The notes beneath the pieces are model-generated. The model saw nothing but the letters and a program-made list of their open reading frames with translations, was not told the origin of the DNA and ran no database searches. This document shows positions 27,107 to 36,122 of a stretch of 64,000 nucleotides of DNA, in pieces (the stretch's first letter is position 1; each line of letters opens with the position of its first letter). The position numbers were made by a program, and so were the translations under genes. This DNA is from an uncultured Pseudomonadota bacterium (GTDB lineage Bacteria; Myxococcota_A; UBA796; SXON01), in NCBI GenBank assembly GCA_903875225.1, contig CAIQVJ010000006.1:99380-163379 (forward strand), in the 5' to 3' direction.

Positions 27107-28381
27107 ATGCAGGTGCTCCTCACCGGCGCCACCGGGTTCGTCGGTGGTCACGTGCTCTCCGCCCTGCGGGCCGCTGGCCACGACGTCGTGGCGGTCGCGC
27201 GCCGACCGGGTCGGGCGATGCCCGGCGTCCGGTGGGTCATCGGGGATTTCGCGCGGCAGCACCTGCCCGCGGAGTGGGCGTCCGCGGTGGTGGGCGTAGA
27301 CGTTGTCGTAAACGCGGTCGGCATCATCCGCGAGGTCCCGGGCCAGGGCTTCGCGGCGCTCCACGCCGCCGCCCCGCAGGCGCTCTTTGCTGCGGCGAGC
27401 GCCGCCGGAGCGCGGATCGTCCAGATCTCGGCCCTGGGCGCGACCGACGAGGCCCGGGAGCCCTACTTCGTGAGCAAGCGCGCGACCGACCGCAGGGTGG
27501 AGCAGTACGGCGGCGTGGTGCTGCGCCCCTCGTTCGTGTGGGGGCCGGGTGATCTCTCGATGCGGTTCTTCCGTATGCTCGCCGCGCTGCCGGTCGTCCC
27601 CGTGGTGGGCGATGGCCGGTACGAGGTGATGCCGGTGCACGTGCACGATCTGGCCCGTGCCGTCGTCGTGGCGGTGGAGCAGGGCCAGCCGGGTTCATGG
27701 GACGTGGTGGGCGACCAGGCCCTCACGTTCAACCAGCTCCTCGACGCGCCACGCGCCCGGATGGGGCGTCGGGTGCCCGCCATCAAGCTGCACCTCCCCC
27801 TGGCCCTCGCCCGCGGTCTCGCGCGAGCTACCGACGTCGTCCGGGTCGGCCCGATCGACTCGGACGAGCTCTCGATGCTGTTGCGCGGGTCCACCGCTCC
27901 GGTCGGGCCCTTCGCCGCTGCGTTCGGGTTCGTGCCCCGCGGGTTCGTCACCGGCCTCGACGAGGAGCCCGGGGCCGACCGCGACCGCCTCGTCGCCGAG
28001 CTGGACGCGCTGGCCCCCGTGCTCCGGGTCTCCGTCGCGTTCATCTGGCTCGCGACGCCGTTCGTGACGTGGTTTGTGTGGCCGCGCGCGGACAGCATCG
28101 CGCTGCTCACCCCAACGGGGGTCCCCGTCGCCGCCGCGGGCTGGTTGATCGATCTCGCCTGCGCTTTCGAGGTGGGGCTGGGCATCGCCACGCTCGCGGG
28201 TTGGCGGCTCGGGGTGCTCGGCGTCGTGCAGATCGCCCTGGTCCTGACCTTCTCGCTGATCCTCGCGTTCTCCACGCCCGGGTTGTGGGGGCACCCGTTT
28301 GGCCCGCTCACGAAGAACATCCCCTTGATTGGCGCCATCCTCGCCATGATGGTCACCCGCAAGCACACCGGCCGGAGTTGA
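27107..28381 (+). CDS. NAD(P)-binding SDR/epimerase-like domain fused to a C-terminal multi-TM (DoxX-like) domain
   Basis: VLLTGATGFVGGHV Rossmann motif. C-terminal roughly 130 aa has four hydrophobic helices. Confidence 0.55.
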   Translation: MQVLLTGATGFVGGHVLSALRAAGHDVVAVARRPGRAMPGVRWVIGDFARQHLPAEWASAVVGVDVVVNAVGIIREVPGQGFAALHAAAPQALFAAASAAGARIVQISALGATDEAREPYFVSKRATDRRVEQYGGVVLRPSFVWGPGDLSMRFFRMLAALPVVPVVGDGRYEVMPVHVHDLARAVVVAVEQGQPGSWDVVGDQALTFNQLLDAPRARMGRRVPAIKLHLPLALARGLARATDVVRVGPIDSDELSMLLRGSTAPVGPFAAAFGFVPRGFVTGLDEEPGADRDRLVAELDALAPVLRVSVAFIWLATPFVTWFVWPRADSIALLTPTGVPVAAAGWLIDLACAFEVGLGIATLAGWRLGVLGVVQIALVLTFSLILAFSTPGLWGHPFGPLTKNIPLIGAILAMMVTRKHTGRS

Positions 28382-28382
28382 C

Positions 28383-28856
28383 GTGACCTACCTCGTGCTG
28401 AAGACCCTCCACATCCTCTCGGTGACCCTGTTCTTCGGCGCCGGTCTCGGCTCAGTGTTCGTGAAGCTGCACGCGGATCGGACCGGCGATGCCCACGCCA
28501 TCGCGTTCGCGCACCGTACCGTGGTGCTCGCCGACTGGCTGTTCACCATCCCCTCGGGCGTGCTGCTCCCGCTCACCGGCTTCTGGATGGTGTGGCTCGT
28601 CGGGTACGACTGGCAGCACGGGTGGATCGCGATGGGGCTCGGTCTCTACGTGATCGCGGGCTTGTCATGGCTGCCTGCATGGCGCCTGCAGTTCCTGATG
28701 CGCGACGCCGCGGTGGAGTCTGCGCGCGCGGGAACGCCGCTGCCGGCGGCCTACACCACGTGGACGCGGGTGTGGGCCCTGCTCGGGATTCCGTCGTTCC
28801 TGGCCACGGTCACGGCGGTCTTCGTGATGGTCGCGAAGGGGTTCGTGACGGGCTGA
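28383..28856 (+). CDS. Small integral membrane protein (DUF2269-like)
   Basis: Four predicted TM helices. 2-nt gap from the preceding gene. Confidence 0.4.
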   Translation: MTYLVLKTLHILSVTLFFGAGLGSVFVKLHADRTGDAHAIAFAHRTVVLADWLFTIPSGVLLPLTGFWMVWLVGYDWQHGWIAMGLGLYVIAGLSWLPAWRLQFLMRDAAVESARAGTPLPAAYTTWTRVWALLGIPSFLATVTAVFVMVAKGFVTG

Positions 28857-29029
28857 GGTGGGTCCCCGGATGGGTGGGCGGCCTCGCCACCCCGGGCGCT
28901 CGGCCCGACAGCGCCGCGGGACGGCCGTGTGCACCCACCGCATGGGGGAATTCGCTCACCCCCGGGCAGCGGCGTTCGTCGGCGCCCCGCTCGATGATGG
29001 GCTTCGGGGGCGTGTGATCGCCGGGAGCG

Positions 29030-29644
29030 GTGCCTGGCACGCGGCGTGCTCCCCCGGCTGCCGTGGAACTCCTCGGCATCCTCGGCGCGATCCTCCTCGG
29101 CCTCGTCGTCGTGGGGCTCGTCGTGGTCCTGTTGGTGCTCCTCGTGCCGGTCCAGTTCGCTGCCCGGGGGGTGCTCACGGAGCAGCGTGCGGACGCGCTG
29201 GCAGGCGCTTCCTGGGGCTTCGGGCTGGCGACGGTTCGTGCCACGCCGAGCGAGGGCGTGGTCCTGGTGCTGCTGGGCCGCACGGTGTACCGGTTCCACG
29301 CGACCCCTTCCCCGCGGCCCCGGCGGAAGCCTGCCCGGCGGGCGGCTCGCGGGGGTTCGAGGCCGGATCTGCGCTTGATGTGGCGCGTGGTCCGACGCGT
29401 GGTGCCCTCGCTCCGGATGCGCGCCCGCCTGGCTGGTCGCGTCGGCACCGGCGACCCCGCTGACACCGCTACGCTCTGGGGGCTCCTGGTCACTTCCCGG
29501 ACCCTCGTGGGGGGGTTGGACACCCACGCCTTGAGCATTGATTGGATGGAGCCGGCGATCGACCTGGAAGGCCAGGTGGAAGGTCGACTCTGGCCGGCCG
29601 CGATCCTGTGGATCGCGGCGAGTGAGTACGCCAGGACGCGGTAG
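29030..29644 (+). CDS. Membrane-anchored protein resembling sporulation protein YtfI (DUF2953-like)
   Basis: N-terminal TM LLGILGAILLGLVVVGLVVVLLVLLV. Sits directly upstream of two GerW/YtfJ-like genes, as in the Firmicute ytfI-ytfJ arrangement. Confidence 0.35.
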   Translation: MPGTRRAPPAAVELLGILGAILLGLVVVGLVVVLLVLLVPVQFAARGVLTEQRADALAGASWGFGLATVRATPSEGVVLVLLGRTVYRFHATPSPRPRRKPARRAARGGSRPDLRLMWRVVRRVVPSLRMRARLAGRVGTGDPADTATLWGLLVTSRTLVGGLDTHALSIDWMEPAIDLEGQVEGRLWPAAILWIAASEYARTR

Positions 29645-29667
29645 TTCCGCCGCAAAAGGGAGGTCGT

Positions 29668-29961
29668 ATGAAAGACACAGAGAAGTTGTTCGAAAGCGTG
29701 GCGCCGCGGCTCGAGGCGCTGATCAAGTCCAACGCAGTCGTGGGCCGCATCATCTCCATGGAGGGTCGGCATGCGATCCCCCTCGTGGAGCTGAGCCTCG
29801 GTCTCGGAGGGGGTGGCGGGAGCGGAGACGGCGAGGACCCCACCAGCGGCGCACAGGGGCATGGGCAGGGCGGGGCTGCTGGCGGGGGCGCCAGGGCCAC
29901 GCCGGTCGCCGTCGTGATCGTGGAAGCCAACACCGTGCGCATCACCAACCTCGGACACTGA
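29668..29961 (+). CDS. GerW/YtfJ-family small protein (paralog 1)
   Basis: 97 aa, ...GRIISMEGRHAIPLVELSLGLGGGGGSG...PVAVVIVEANTVRITNL, a GerW-like beta-rich fold with a Gly-rich loop. Confidence 0.4.
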   Translation: MKDTEKLFESVAPRLEALIKSNAVVGRIISMEGRHAIPLVELSLGLGGGGGSGDGEDPTSGAQGHGQGGAAGGGARATPVAVVIVEANTVRITNLGH

Positions 29962-29973
29962 AGGAGAACGACC

Positions 29974-30366
29974 ATGGATTCCATCGATCAAATGGTGACA
30001 GCGGTGCTGTCCCACCTTGGCGGCACGGCGACGAGCAGCGCGGTGGCGGGGGAGCCGATCCAGCTCGGCGAGGTCACCCTGGTGGTGCTCTCGACCTTGA
30101 GCGCGGGGATGGGCGCGGGCGGCGGCGAGGGCCGCGGGGACGGTCCGACGACCGGCAAGCACGCTGGCAAGGCGGCGCCGGGAACGGGCACGGGCGAAGG
30201 GGCGGGCGGGGCCTTGAAGGTCCGACCGGCGGCGGTCATCGCGTTCACCCCCGAAGGGGTGGAGGTGCTGACCATCCCACCCGCTCCCGACGCGTTCGAC
30301 AAGGTGGTGGAGCGCGTTCCGGCGGTCGTCGACATGGTGGAGAAGGCCCGCCAGGCGCTCGCATAG
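29974..30366 (+). CDS. GerW/YtfJ-family small protein (paralog 2)
   Basis: 130 aa, GEPIQLGEVTLVVLSTLSAGMGAGGGEG...PAAVIAFTPEGVEVLTI, paralogous to the preceding ORF. Confidence 0.4.
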   Translation: MDSIDQMVTAVLSHLGGTATSSAVAGEPIQLGEVTLVVLSTLSAGMGAGGGEGRGDGPTTGKHAGKAAPGTGTGEGAGGALKVRPAAVIAFTPEGVEVLTIPPAPDAFDKVVERVPAVVDMVEKARQALA

Positions 30367-30417
30367 GCCGGGGGCCATCCCCTGGGGCAGCCCGGATGGC
30401 GGGATAGGCCCGGCTCC

Positions 30418-30750
30418 ATGCCAACCGAGGATCCTCGACCCTTCGCCACCGCGAGCTCCGGAGCCCGTCGCTATCGGGCAACGGTGCACCCCCGGGCCCG
30501 GACCACCGTGGTGCTCACGGCCTCATCCGGGTCAGGGGCGCCCGCATGGTCCGTCGACCTGTTCACCGACTCCGACTCCAGCGTCGATGGCATCGGGCTC
30601 GGGGCAGGGAGGGGCGAGCTTCGCGTGGAGGTGGTCGCATACCGCCTGGAGGACGACCACGAAACCCGCTTCGTCTGGGTGTTCCGGGAGAATGGCGAGT
30701 GCATGTCCGCGCCCCCCGGCGCTCCCCCGACGAACGTCGAATTCGGCTGA
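30418..30750 (+). CDS. Small hypothetical ORF
   Basis: ORF only. Confidence 0.15.
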   Translation: MPTEDPRPFATASSGARRYRATVHPRARTTVVLTASSGSGAPAWSVDLFTDSDSSVDGIGLGAGRGELRVEVVAYRLEDDHETRFVWVFRENGECMSAPPGAPPTNVEFG

Positions 30751-30838
30751 ACCACCGATCGCAGCGACGGGACGAATCGAATAGGTGCAGGTCCCGCGAG
30801 GAAAGTCCTTCCCCGCCTCCCTTCGCCGCAGGTTCCCC

Positions 30839-33163
30839 ATGATCGACCTCGTCCTCGCCAGCGTGCCTCTCGTCGGGTTTTTCGGGTTCGCGTGCCTCGT
30901 GCTGCTCTACCAGAGCATCGCGATCGTGAGCGGTGAGCAGTTCATCACCATGGAGCGGCGCTGGTTCGGCAAGACCATGGCCGACGGCCGCACCATCGCC
31001 CTCTCCGACGAGGTCGGCGTGCAGGCCCGCACGCTCGGCCCCGGCGTGCACTTCTTCATGCCCTTCATCTACAAGACGCAGAAGCACAAGTTCTTCTCGA
31101 TCGGCGAGTCGCAGATCGGCATCATCCAGGCGATCACCGGCCTGCCGATCCCGCCGGGCCAGTTCTTCGCCAAGACCGTCGACTGCAACATCTTCCAGGA
31201 TGGCGAGGCCTTCCTGCGGAACGGCGGGGAGAAGGGCCCCCAGCTCTCGATCCTGCCGCCTGGCGAGTACCAGATCAACCCCCACCTGTTCACCGTGAAG
31301 ATCGAAGACGCTGTGCTGATCACCGAGACCCAGGTGGGCGTCGTCGAGGCGGTGGCCGGTGGGCCCTCCGCGATGGGCCGCATCTTTGCAGACCCGGTGG
31401 AGTGCGACGCCTTCCAGGACGCGGACGCGTTCCTGCGCAACGGTGGCCAGAAGGGCCCGCAGATCCGCGTGCTGCCGCCGGGCAACTACCGAATCAACAC
31501 CGCGCTGTTCAAGGTCGAGAAGAAGCCTGTCACCGTGATCCCCAACGGGCACATCGGGCTGATCACCGCGATGGACGGCGCGCGGATCATGGAAGGCTCG
31601 CTGTTGAGCCGCAAGATCGAGGGGCACTCCAACTTCGAGAACGGGCAGGCGTTCATCCTGCACGGCGGCCAGAAGGGCCACCAGCTCGACGTGCTGATGC
31701 CCGGCACCTACCGCATCAACACTGCGCTGTTCGTGATCAAGGCCGTCGTTCCGTGGACCAACATCACGGCCGACTCCGTCGGCATCGTCACGGTGCTCGA
31801 AGGCCGGCCGATCATGAAGGCGAAGGAGATCGCGGCGGAGGAGCTTGGCCTGGACGTACACAACAACTTCCAGAACGCTGCGGCCTTCCTCGCAGCGGGC
31901 GGTCAGAAGGGCCTGCAGATCCCCGTGCTGCGCTCGGGCAACTACGCGATCAACCCGTGGTTCGCGACCATCGACCAGGTGCCGATGGTGGAAGTGAAGA
32001 TCGGCGAGTGCGCGGTCGTGACCAGCTTCGTGGGGGAGGAGGGCGAGGACACGACGGACTCCAATGTCAACGCCAAGATCGTCGCCAACGGCAAGCGGGG
32101 CATCTGGGCCGAGCCGCTCGGGCCGGGACGCCACCCGCTCAACACCAAGGTCTGCAAGGTGGACAAGGTGCCCACCACGCAGATCCTGCTCAACTGGGCG
32201 GACAGCCAGAACAGCGCCCACAAGCTCGACTCGGAGCTCAAGACCATCACCCTGCGCACCGCAGACGCGTTCAACGTGAGCATGGACGTGAGCGTGATCA
32301 TCCACATCGCCATGGCCGACGCCCCCAAGGTCGTCGCCAACCTCGGCTCGGTGGACAACATGATCTCCCAGGTGCTGGAGCCGGCCATCTCGTCGCACTT
32401 CCGCAACTCGGCGCAGTCGGTGAAGGCGCTGGACCTCTACACCAAGCGCGCCGAGCTGCAGGCGCACGCCAAGGAGCACCTCCAGAGCGTGCTCCGGGTG
32501 CACCACATCGAGTCGAAGGACACGATGATCGCAGACGTCGTGCTCCCCGGGGAGCTCACCCGCACCGTGACCGACCGGCAGATCGCCGAGCAGGAGCGCA
32601 TCACCTACGCCACGCAGAAGCAGGCGCAGGAGGAGCGCAAGATGCTGGAGAACGCGAAGGCGCAGGCCAACATGCAGCCCAAGGTGGTGGAGTCCGAGCG
32701 GGGCGTCGAGATCGCGAAGAACCTCGCGAACGCCGAGATCGAGAAATCGATGGGCGATTCCCGGGCCATCGAGGTGCGCGCAGAGGGCGGTGCCAAGGCC
32801 ACGAAGGTGACAGCCGGAGCCACGGCCGAGGCCACGCGTGTGAACGCCCTCGCAGACGCTGAAGCCATCGAGAAGAAGGGGCTCGCCGAGGCCCTCGTCA
32901 TCCTGGAGCAGGGCAAGTCCACGGCCGAGTCCTACAAGCTGCAGGTCAACGCGATGGGCAACGAGATCTTCGGTCAGATCCAGGTGGTCGAGAAGATCGC
33001 GTCCAACAAGCTCAAGCTGATCCCGGACGTGTACATCGGGGGCTCGAGCGGGGCGTCGGGGTCGGGCGGCAACGAGAGCCAGAGCTCCCTGATGTCCATC
33101 GCGCTCCTGCAGTACCTCACCGGCAAGCAGGTGTTCCAGAACGGGAACAAGGCCGAGGAGTAG
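30839..33163 (+). CDS. Membrane-anchored flotillin/SPFH-like protein with five to six N-terminal tandem repeats of about 73 aa
   Basis: N-terminal TM LVLASVPLVGFFGFACLVLLY. Repeats carry the core F(L/I)(R/L)(N/H)GG(Q/E)KG.Q...LPPG.Y.IN..LF. The C-terminal region is flotillin-like (EA-rich coiled coil ...AKAQANMQPKVVESERGVEIAKNLANAEIEK...). Confidence 0.5.
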   Translation: MIDLVLASVPLVGFFGFACLVLLYQSIAIVSGEQFITMERRWFGKTMADGRTIALSDEVGVQARTLGPGVHFFMPFIYKTQKHKFFSIGESQIGIIQAITGLPIPPGQFFAKTVDCNIFQDGEAFLRNGGEKGPQLSILPPGEYQINPHLFTVKIEDAVLITETQVGVVEAVAGGPSAMGRIFADPVECDAFQDADAFLRNGGQKGPQIRVLPPGNYRINTALFKVEKKPVTVIPNGHIGLITAMDGARIMEGSLLSRKIEGHSNFENGQAFILHGGQKGHQLDVLMPGTYRINTALFVIKAVVPWTNITADSVGIVTVLEGRPIMKAKEIAAEELGLDVHNNFQNAAAFLAAGGQKGLQIPVLRSGNYAINPWFATIDQVPMVEVKIGECAVVTSFVGEEGEDTTDSNVNAKIVANGKRGIWAEPLGPGRHPLNTKVCKVDKVPTTQILLNWADSQNSAHKLDSELKTITLRTADAFNVSMDVSVIIHIAMADAPKVVANLGSVDNMISQVLEPAISSHFRNSAQSVKALDLYTKRAELQAHAKEHLQSVLRVHHIESKDTMIADVVLPGELTRTVTDRQIAEQERITYATQKQAQEERKMLENAKAQANMQPKVVESERGVEIAKNLANAEIEKSMGDSRAIEVRAEGGAKATKVTAGATAEATRVNALADAEAIEKKGLAEALVILEQGKSTAESYKLQVNAMGNEIFGQIQVVEKIASNKLKLIPDVYIGGSSGASGSGGNESQSSLMSIALLQYLTGKQVFQNGNKAEE

Positions 33164-33175
33164 GCCGCCGGACGG

Positions 33176-33760
33176 CTAGAACATCGCGTAGGCGCCGATC
33201 TTCGGCTCCACGGAGCCGATGCCGCCGTAGGTGCTCGCTGTCACCTCGGCACGCAGGCCGAGGTGGTCCGAGAGCCGCCAGTGCGCGCCGAGCACTGCAT
33301 CAAGCTCGAGGCAGATCGTGTTCCCGCTGCTGATCGCGGTGCTCGTGCTGTTGCTCGCCGAGGCCGTCACGTGGGCGCTCCCGAGCAGGGTGCCCACCCC
33401 GACATACGGGCTGATGGGGGGCTTCCCTTTGCGCCCGAACAGGTCGAACGTGAACCGGTAGCCCGCGAGCACGATCGACTCGCGGCCCGAGGCATGCACG
33501 TTGCCCATGTCGGCATTGATGGGGACGGTCGAGAACTGCCCGACGAGGCTGTGGATGAACCGTTCGCCAAGCTCCACCTGCAGCTCCGCGATCGGGCCGA
33601 CGGTCGGGTGGAACGTGAGCGTCTTGTCGTGCGCGACGCCGAGGGGACCGGTCGTGGTCTCCGCCACGTTCGCGGGCAGGGTGACCACCGGACCCACGAG
33701 GACGGAGCCGCCGAACGCGACGGCGTGGGCGAGGCCGGAGGACAGCAGGAGGGCGATCAT
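33176..33760 (-). CDS. Small outer-membrane beta-barrel protein
   Basis: Signal peptide MIALLLSSGLAHA, alternating hydrophobic beta-strands, C-terminal aromatic ...GAYAMF. Confidence 0.5.
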   Translation of the reverse strand: MIALLLSSGLAHAVAFGGSVLVGPVVTLPANVAETTTGPLGVAHDKTLTFHPTVGPIAELQVELGERFIHSLVGQFSTVPINADMGNVHASGRESIVLAGYRFTFDLFGRKGKPPISPYVGVGTLLGSAHVTASASNSTSTAISSGNTICLELDAVLGAHWRLSDHLGLRAEVTASTYGGIGSVEPKIGAYAMF

Positions 33761-33783
33761 CCGGGGTTCTATCCGACCCGGGG

Positions 33784-34179
33784 TCAGCGTGTGCGGGACT
33801 CCAGGAGGTCGGCCAGCACGGCCTGCACGTCCGTGTCGTCCAGGCGCGGGCGTGCCGCCACTGCCTGCTCCACGAGCGCCATGGCGAGCGTGGCGAGCGT
33901 GATCACCCGGAGCGGGTCGCCCTCGGCGGCACGGGCCCGAAGGGCGAGTCCGAGCCCGAGGGCCATCGCCCGATCGGCGTCGAGGCCGTGCGCGGTGGTC
34001 AGCAGGTTCAGGATCACGCCGATCGGGAGCTGCGCTGCGAGATCGAGGTCGAGCCCCACGAGCCCAGCGGCCTGGGCCTCGGCGGCAGCCTCCTCGGGCG
34101 AGCGCTTCTTCCCGATCAGCTTCGCCACGAACGCGGCCAACGCTGCGATCTGCCGGCCGATGTAGTCGTCGCGCATCAT
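33784..34179 (-). CDS. Hypothetical protein (131 aa). Its ATG overlaps the upstream stop as ATGA
   Basis: The MMRDDYIGRQ... start is chosen by the ATGA overlap with the upstream gene. Confidence 0.3.
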   Translation of the reverse strand: MMRDDYIGRQIAALAAFVAKLIGKKRSPEEAAAEAQAAGLVGLDLDLAAQLPIGVILNLLTTAHGLDADRAMALGLGLALRARAAEGDPLRVITLATLAMALVEQAVAARPRLDDTDVQAVLADLLESRTR

Positions 34180-34877
34180 GTCGGGGCCCTCTCGCGGGTC
34201 CGCAGCCGCGTGAGGGCCCACGCCACCGGCCACACCAGGGCCGCGCTCGCCGCGGCCATCGTCAGGGCCCGCGCGGCGGTGGCCACGATCACTGCGTCGA
34301 GCGCCAGGAGCTCACCCTGCACGAGTCCGGGAGCGAGCCGCTGCAGGGCCCACACCGCACCCGCGATCAGCACCCCGGCGACGAAGGCGGGGGCCCGCCA
34401 GATGCGAAAATCGACATCAGAGGGGGACATCTCCGCGGCGACCGAGAACGCGAGGGGCAGGGCCACCCAGAGCTGCCAGCGCGTCCACGGGATCAGGCCC
34501 GCGACCGGGCCCAGGGCCTCGAGGCTGGTCGGCAGGGCAGGGGCGCCGCTCCACACGTGAAGCCCTGCGAGCACCCCGAGGCCGACGAACGCAGGCGCGA
34601 CCGGGGAGACCAGGTTCGTGAGCCAGGGCCTCGCAAAGCGCGTCCACGGGGGGCCCGACGCGACGTGGCCGCGGCCAGCGGGGTCGAAGAGCGACACCTT
34701 GAGGTCCGACACGGTGTACCCGGTGAGGAGCATCATCACGGCGTGGGCGAGCTCATGGACGAGGTTCCCGGGCAGGCGCAGGAGGTGCTGCGCGGTGCCG
34801 CCGCCGAGCCGCCCGAGCATCGGGCGGTGTACGAACGCCCCCAGGATCAGCGCCACCACGATGAGGACGAGGCTCAC
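34176..34877 (-). CDS. Polytopic membrane protein with an HExxH motif (putative intramembrane/M50-like metalloprotease). GTG start overlaps the upstream stop as GTGA
   Basis: HELAHAVMMLLTGY zinc-binding motif in a TM helix. At least five TM segments. Confidence 0.45.
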   Translation of the reverse strand: MSLVLIVVALILGAFVHRPMLGRLGGGTAQHLLRLPGNLVHELAHAVMMLLTGYTVSDLKVSLFDPAGRGHVASGPPWTRFARPWLTNLVSPVAPAFVGLGVLAGLHVWSGAPALPTSLEALGPVAGLIPWTRWQLWVALPLAFSVAAEMSPSDVDFRIWRAPAFVAGVLIAGAVWALQRLAPGLVQGELLALDAVIVATAARALTMAAASAALVWPVAWALTRLRTRERAPT

Positions 34878-35158
34878 CGGGGGTGTACCTCCCAGGTGGA
34901 GCCCACCGGCACCGCCGTGAGCGCATCCTGGGACAACACCGCGTAGAAGGCCTCGTCCCACGTGACCTTGTGAAGCTGGAGGGTGACGGTGCCCTTCACG
35001 TCGTCGCCGACGACGAGGTTCACGTCACCCGCCTCGGCGAGAAAGCGCAGGGCCGCGTGGATGTGGGCGTGGTCGAGCTCCACGTTGATCAGCCCCGGCT
35101 CGCCGGGACCGGCACCCGGGCTCGCCGCGAGGCAGAGTTCGAAGACTCCGATGATCAT
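34874..35158 (-). CDS. Stand-alone small protein with a secretin N-terminal (N0/STN-like) domain
   Basis: MIIGVFELCLAASPG...VELDHAHIHAALRFLAEAGDVNLVVGDDVKGTVTLQLHKVTWDEAFYAVL resembles the GspD/PilQ N0 segment (compare the ...DVRDVLRLLAE..G.NIVVDP.VKGKVTL.L.NV.W..AL.. pattern). Confidence 0.45.
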   Translation of the reverse strand: MIIGVFELCLAASPGAGPGEPGLINVELDHAHIHAALRFLAEAGDVNLVVGDDVKGTVTLQLHKVTWDEAFYAVLSQDALTAVPVGSTWEVHPR

Positions 35159-35187
35159 GGAGCGACTATAGCGGCTACATCGGCAGC

Positions 35188-36120
35188 ATGCTGACCCTGT
35201 TGCTCGCCTGCACCCCCCAGACCGCGCCGCTCGCCCCGACCGGGCAGGCAACCCTGCCAGACGCCTCCGTGATGGCCCCGCCCGTTGCCTCGCCGGGGAG
35301 CGGCCCCACGGCACCTGCACCGGCTGCTCCCCAGGACGTCTTTCCGGCGCCTGCGCGGGTGGTGGCAGTCGGGGATCTGCACGGTGACGTCGCCTCTGCG
35401 ATCGGCGCGCTCGAGCTCGCGAAGGTGGTCGACGCGACGGGGCACTGGACCGGTGGGGGTACCTGGCTCGTCCAGACCGGGGACGTGCTCGATCGGGGCA
35501 AGGACGGCCCGACGATGATCCGGTTTCTCACGCAACTGGAGCAGGAGGCCGCGGCCGCCGGGGGCCGGGCGCTCATCCTGGATGGAAACCACGAGGTGAT
35601 GAACCTTCAGGGGGACTGGCGGTACGTGGCGGATCTGGCGGAGTTCGGCGCGGCGCCGGACCCCCAGGCTGCGCGGCGTACGTGGATGGCGGAGGGTGCA
35701 GGTGGCGCCTGGGTGCGTGGGCATGGGATGGTCGTGCAGGTGGGCGAAACGGTGTTCGTCCACGCCGGCATCGACAGCCACTGGGCGTCCTACGGTGTCT
35801 CGGGCTTGAACACGCTGTTCCGTGCCGCGCTGGCTGCGCCCCCGGATCCGAAGTCCGGTGTGACCGGCCCGGACGGTCCGGTGTGGAACCGCGCCTACCT
35901 GTTGGAGGACCCGCCGGCGATCTGCCCGGAGTTGAAGCGGGCCCTGGCTGAGCTCCACGCGACGCGCATGGTGGTCGGGCACACCACGCAGGAGACGGGC
36001 CGCATCGCCGAGCGCTGCGAGGGGACGTTCTACGGGATCGACACGGGCATCAGCGCCTACTACGGCGTGCATCCCAGCGCGCTCGTGATCGAAGGGAGCG
36101 CAGTCACCCTGCTGCCGTAG
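35188..36120 (+). CDS. Calcineurin-like metallophosphoesterase lipoprotein
   Basis: Lipobox MLTLLLAC. Motifs VAVGDLHGD, GDVLDRG and LDGNHE. Confidence 0.7.
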   Translation: MLTLLLACTPQTAPLAPTGQATLPDASVMAPPVASPGSGPTAPAPAAPQDVFPAPARVVAVGDLHGDVASAIGALELAKVVDATGHWTGGGTWLVQTGDVLDRGKDGPTMIRFLTQLEQEAAAAGGRALILDGNHEVMNLQGDWRYVADLAEFGAAPDPQAARRTWMAEGAGGAWVRGHGMVVQVGETVFVHAGIDSHWASYGVSGLNTLFRAALAAPPDPKSGVTGPDGPVWNRAYLLEDPPAICPELKRALAELHATRMVVGHTTQETGRIAERCEGTFYGIDTGISAYYGVHPSALVIEGSAVTLLP

Positions 36121-36122
36121 CG

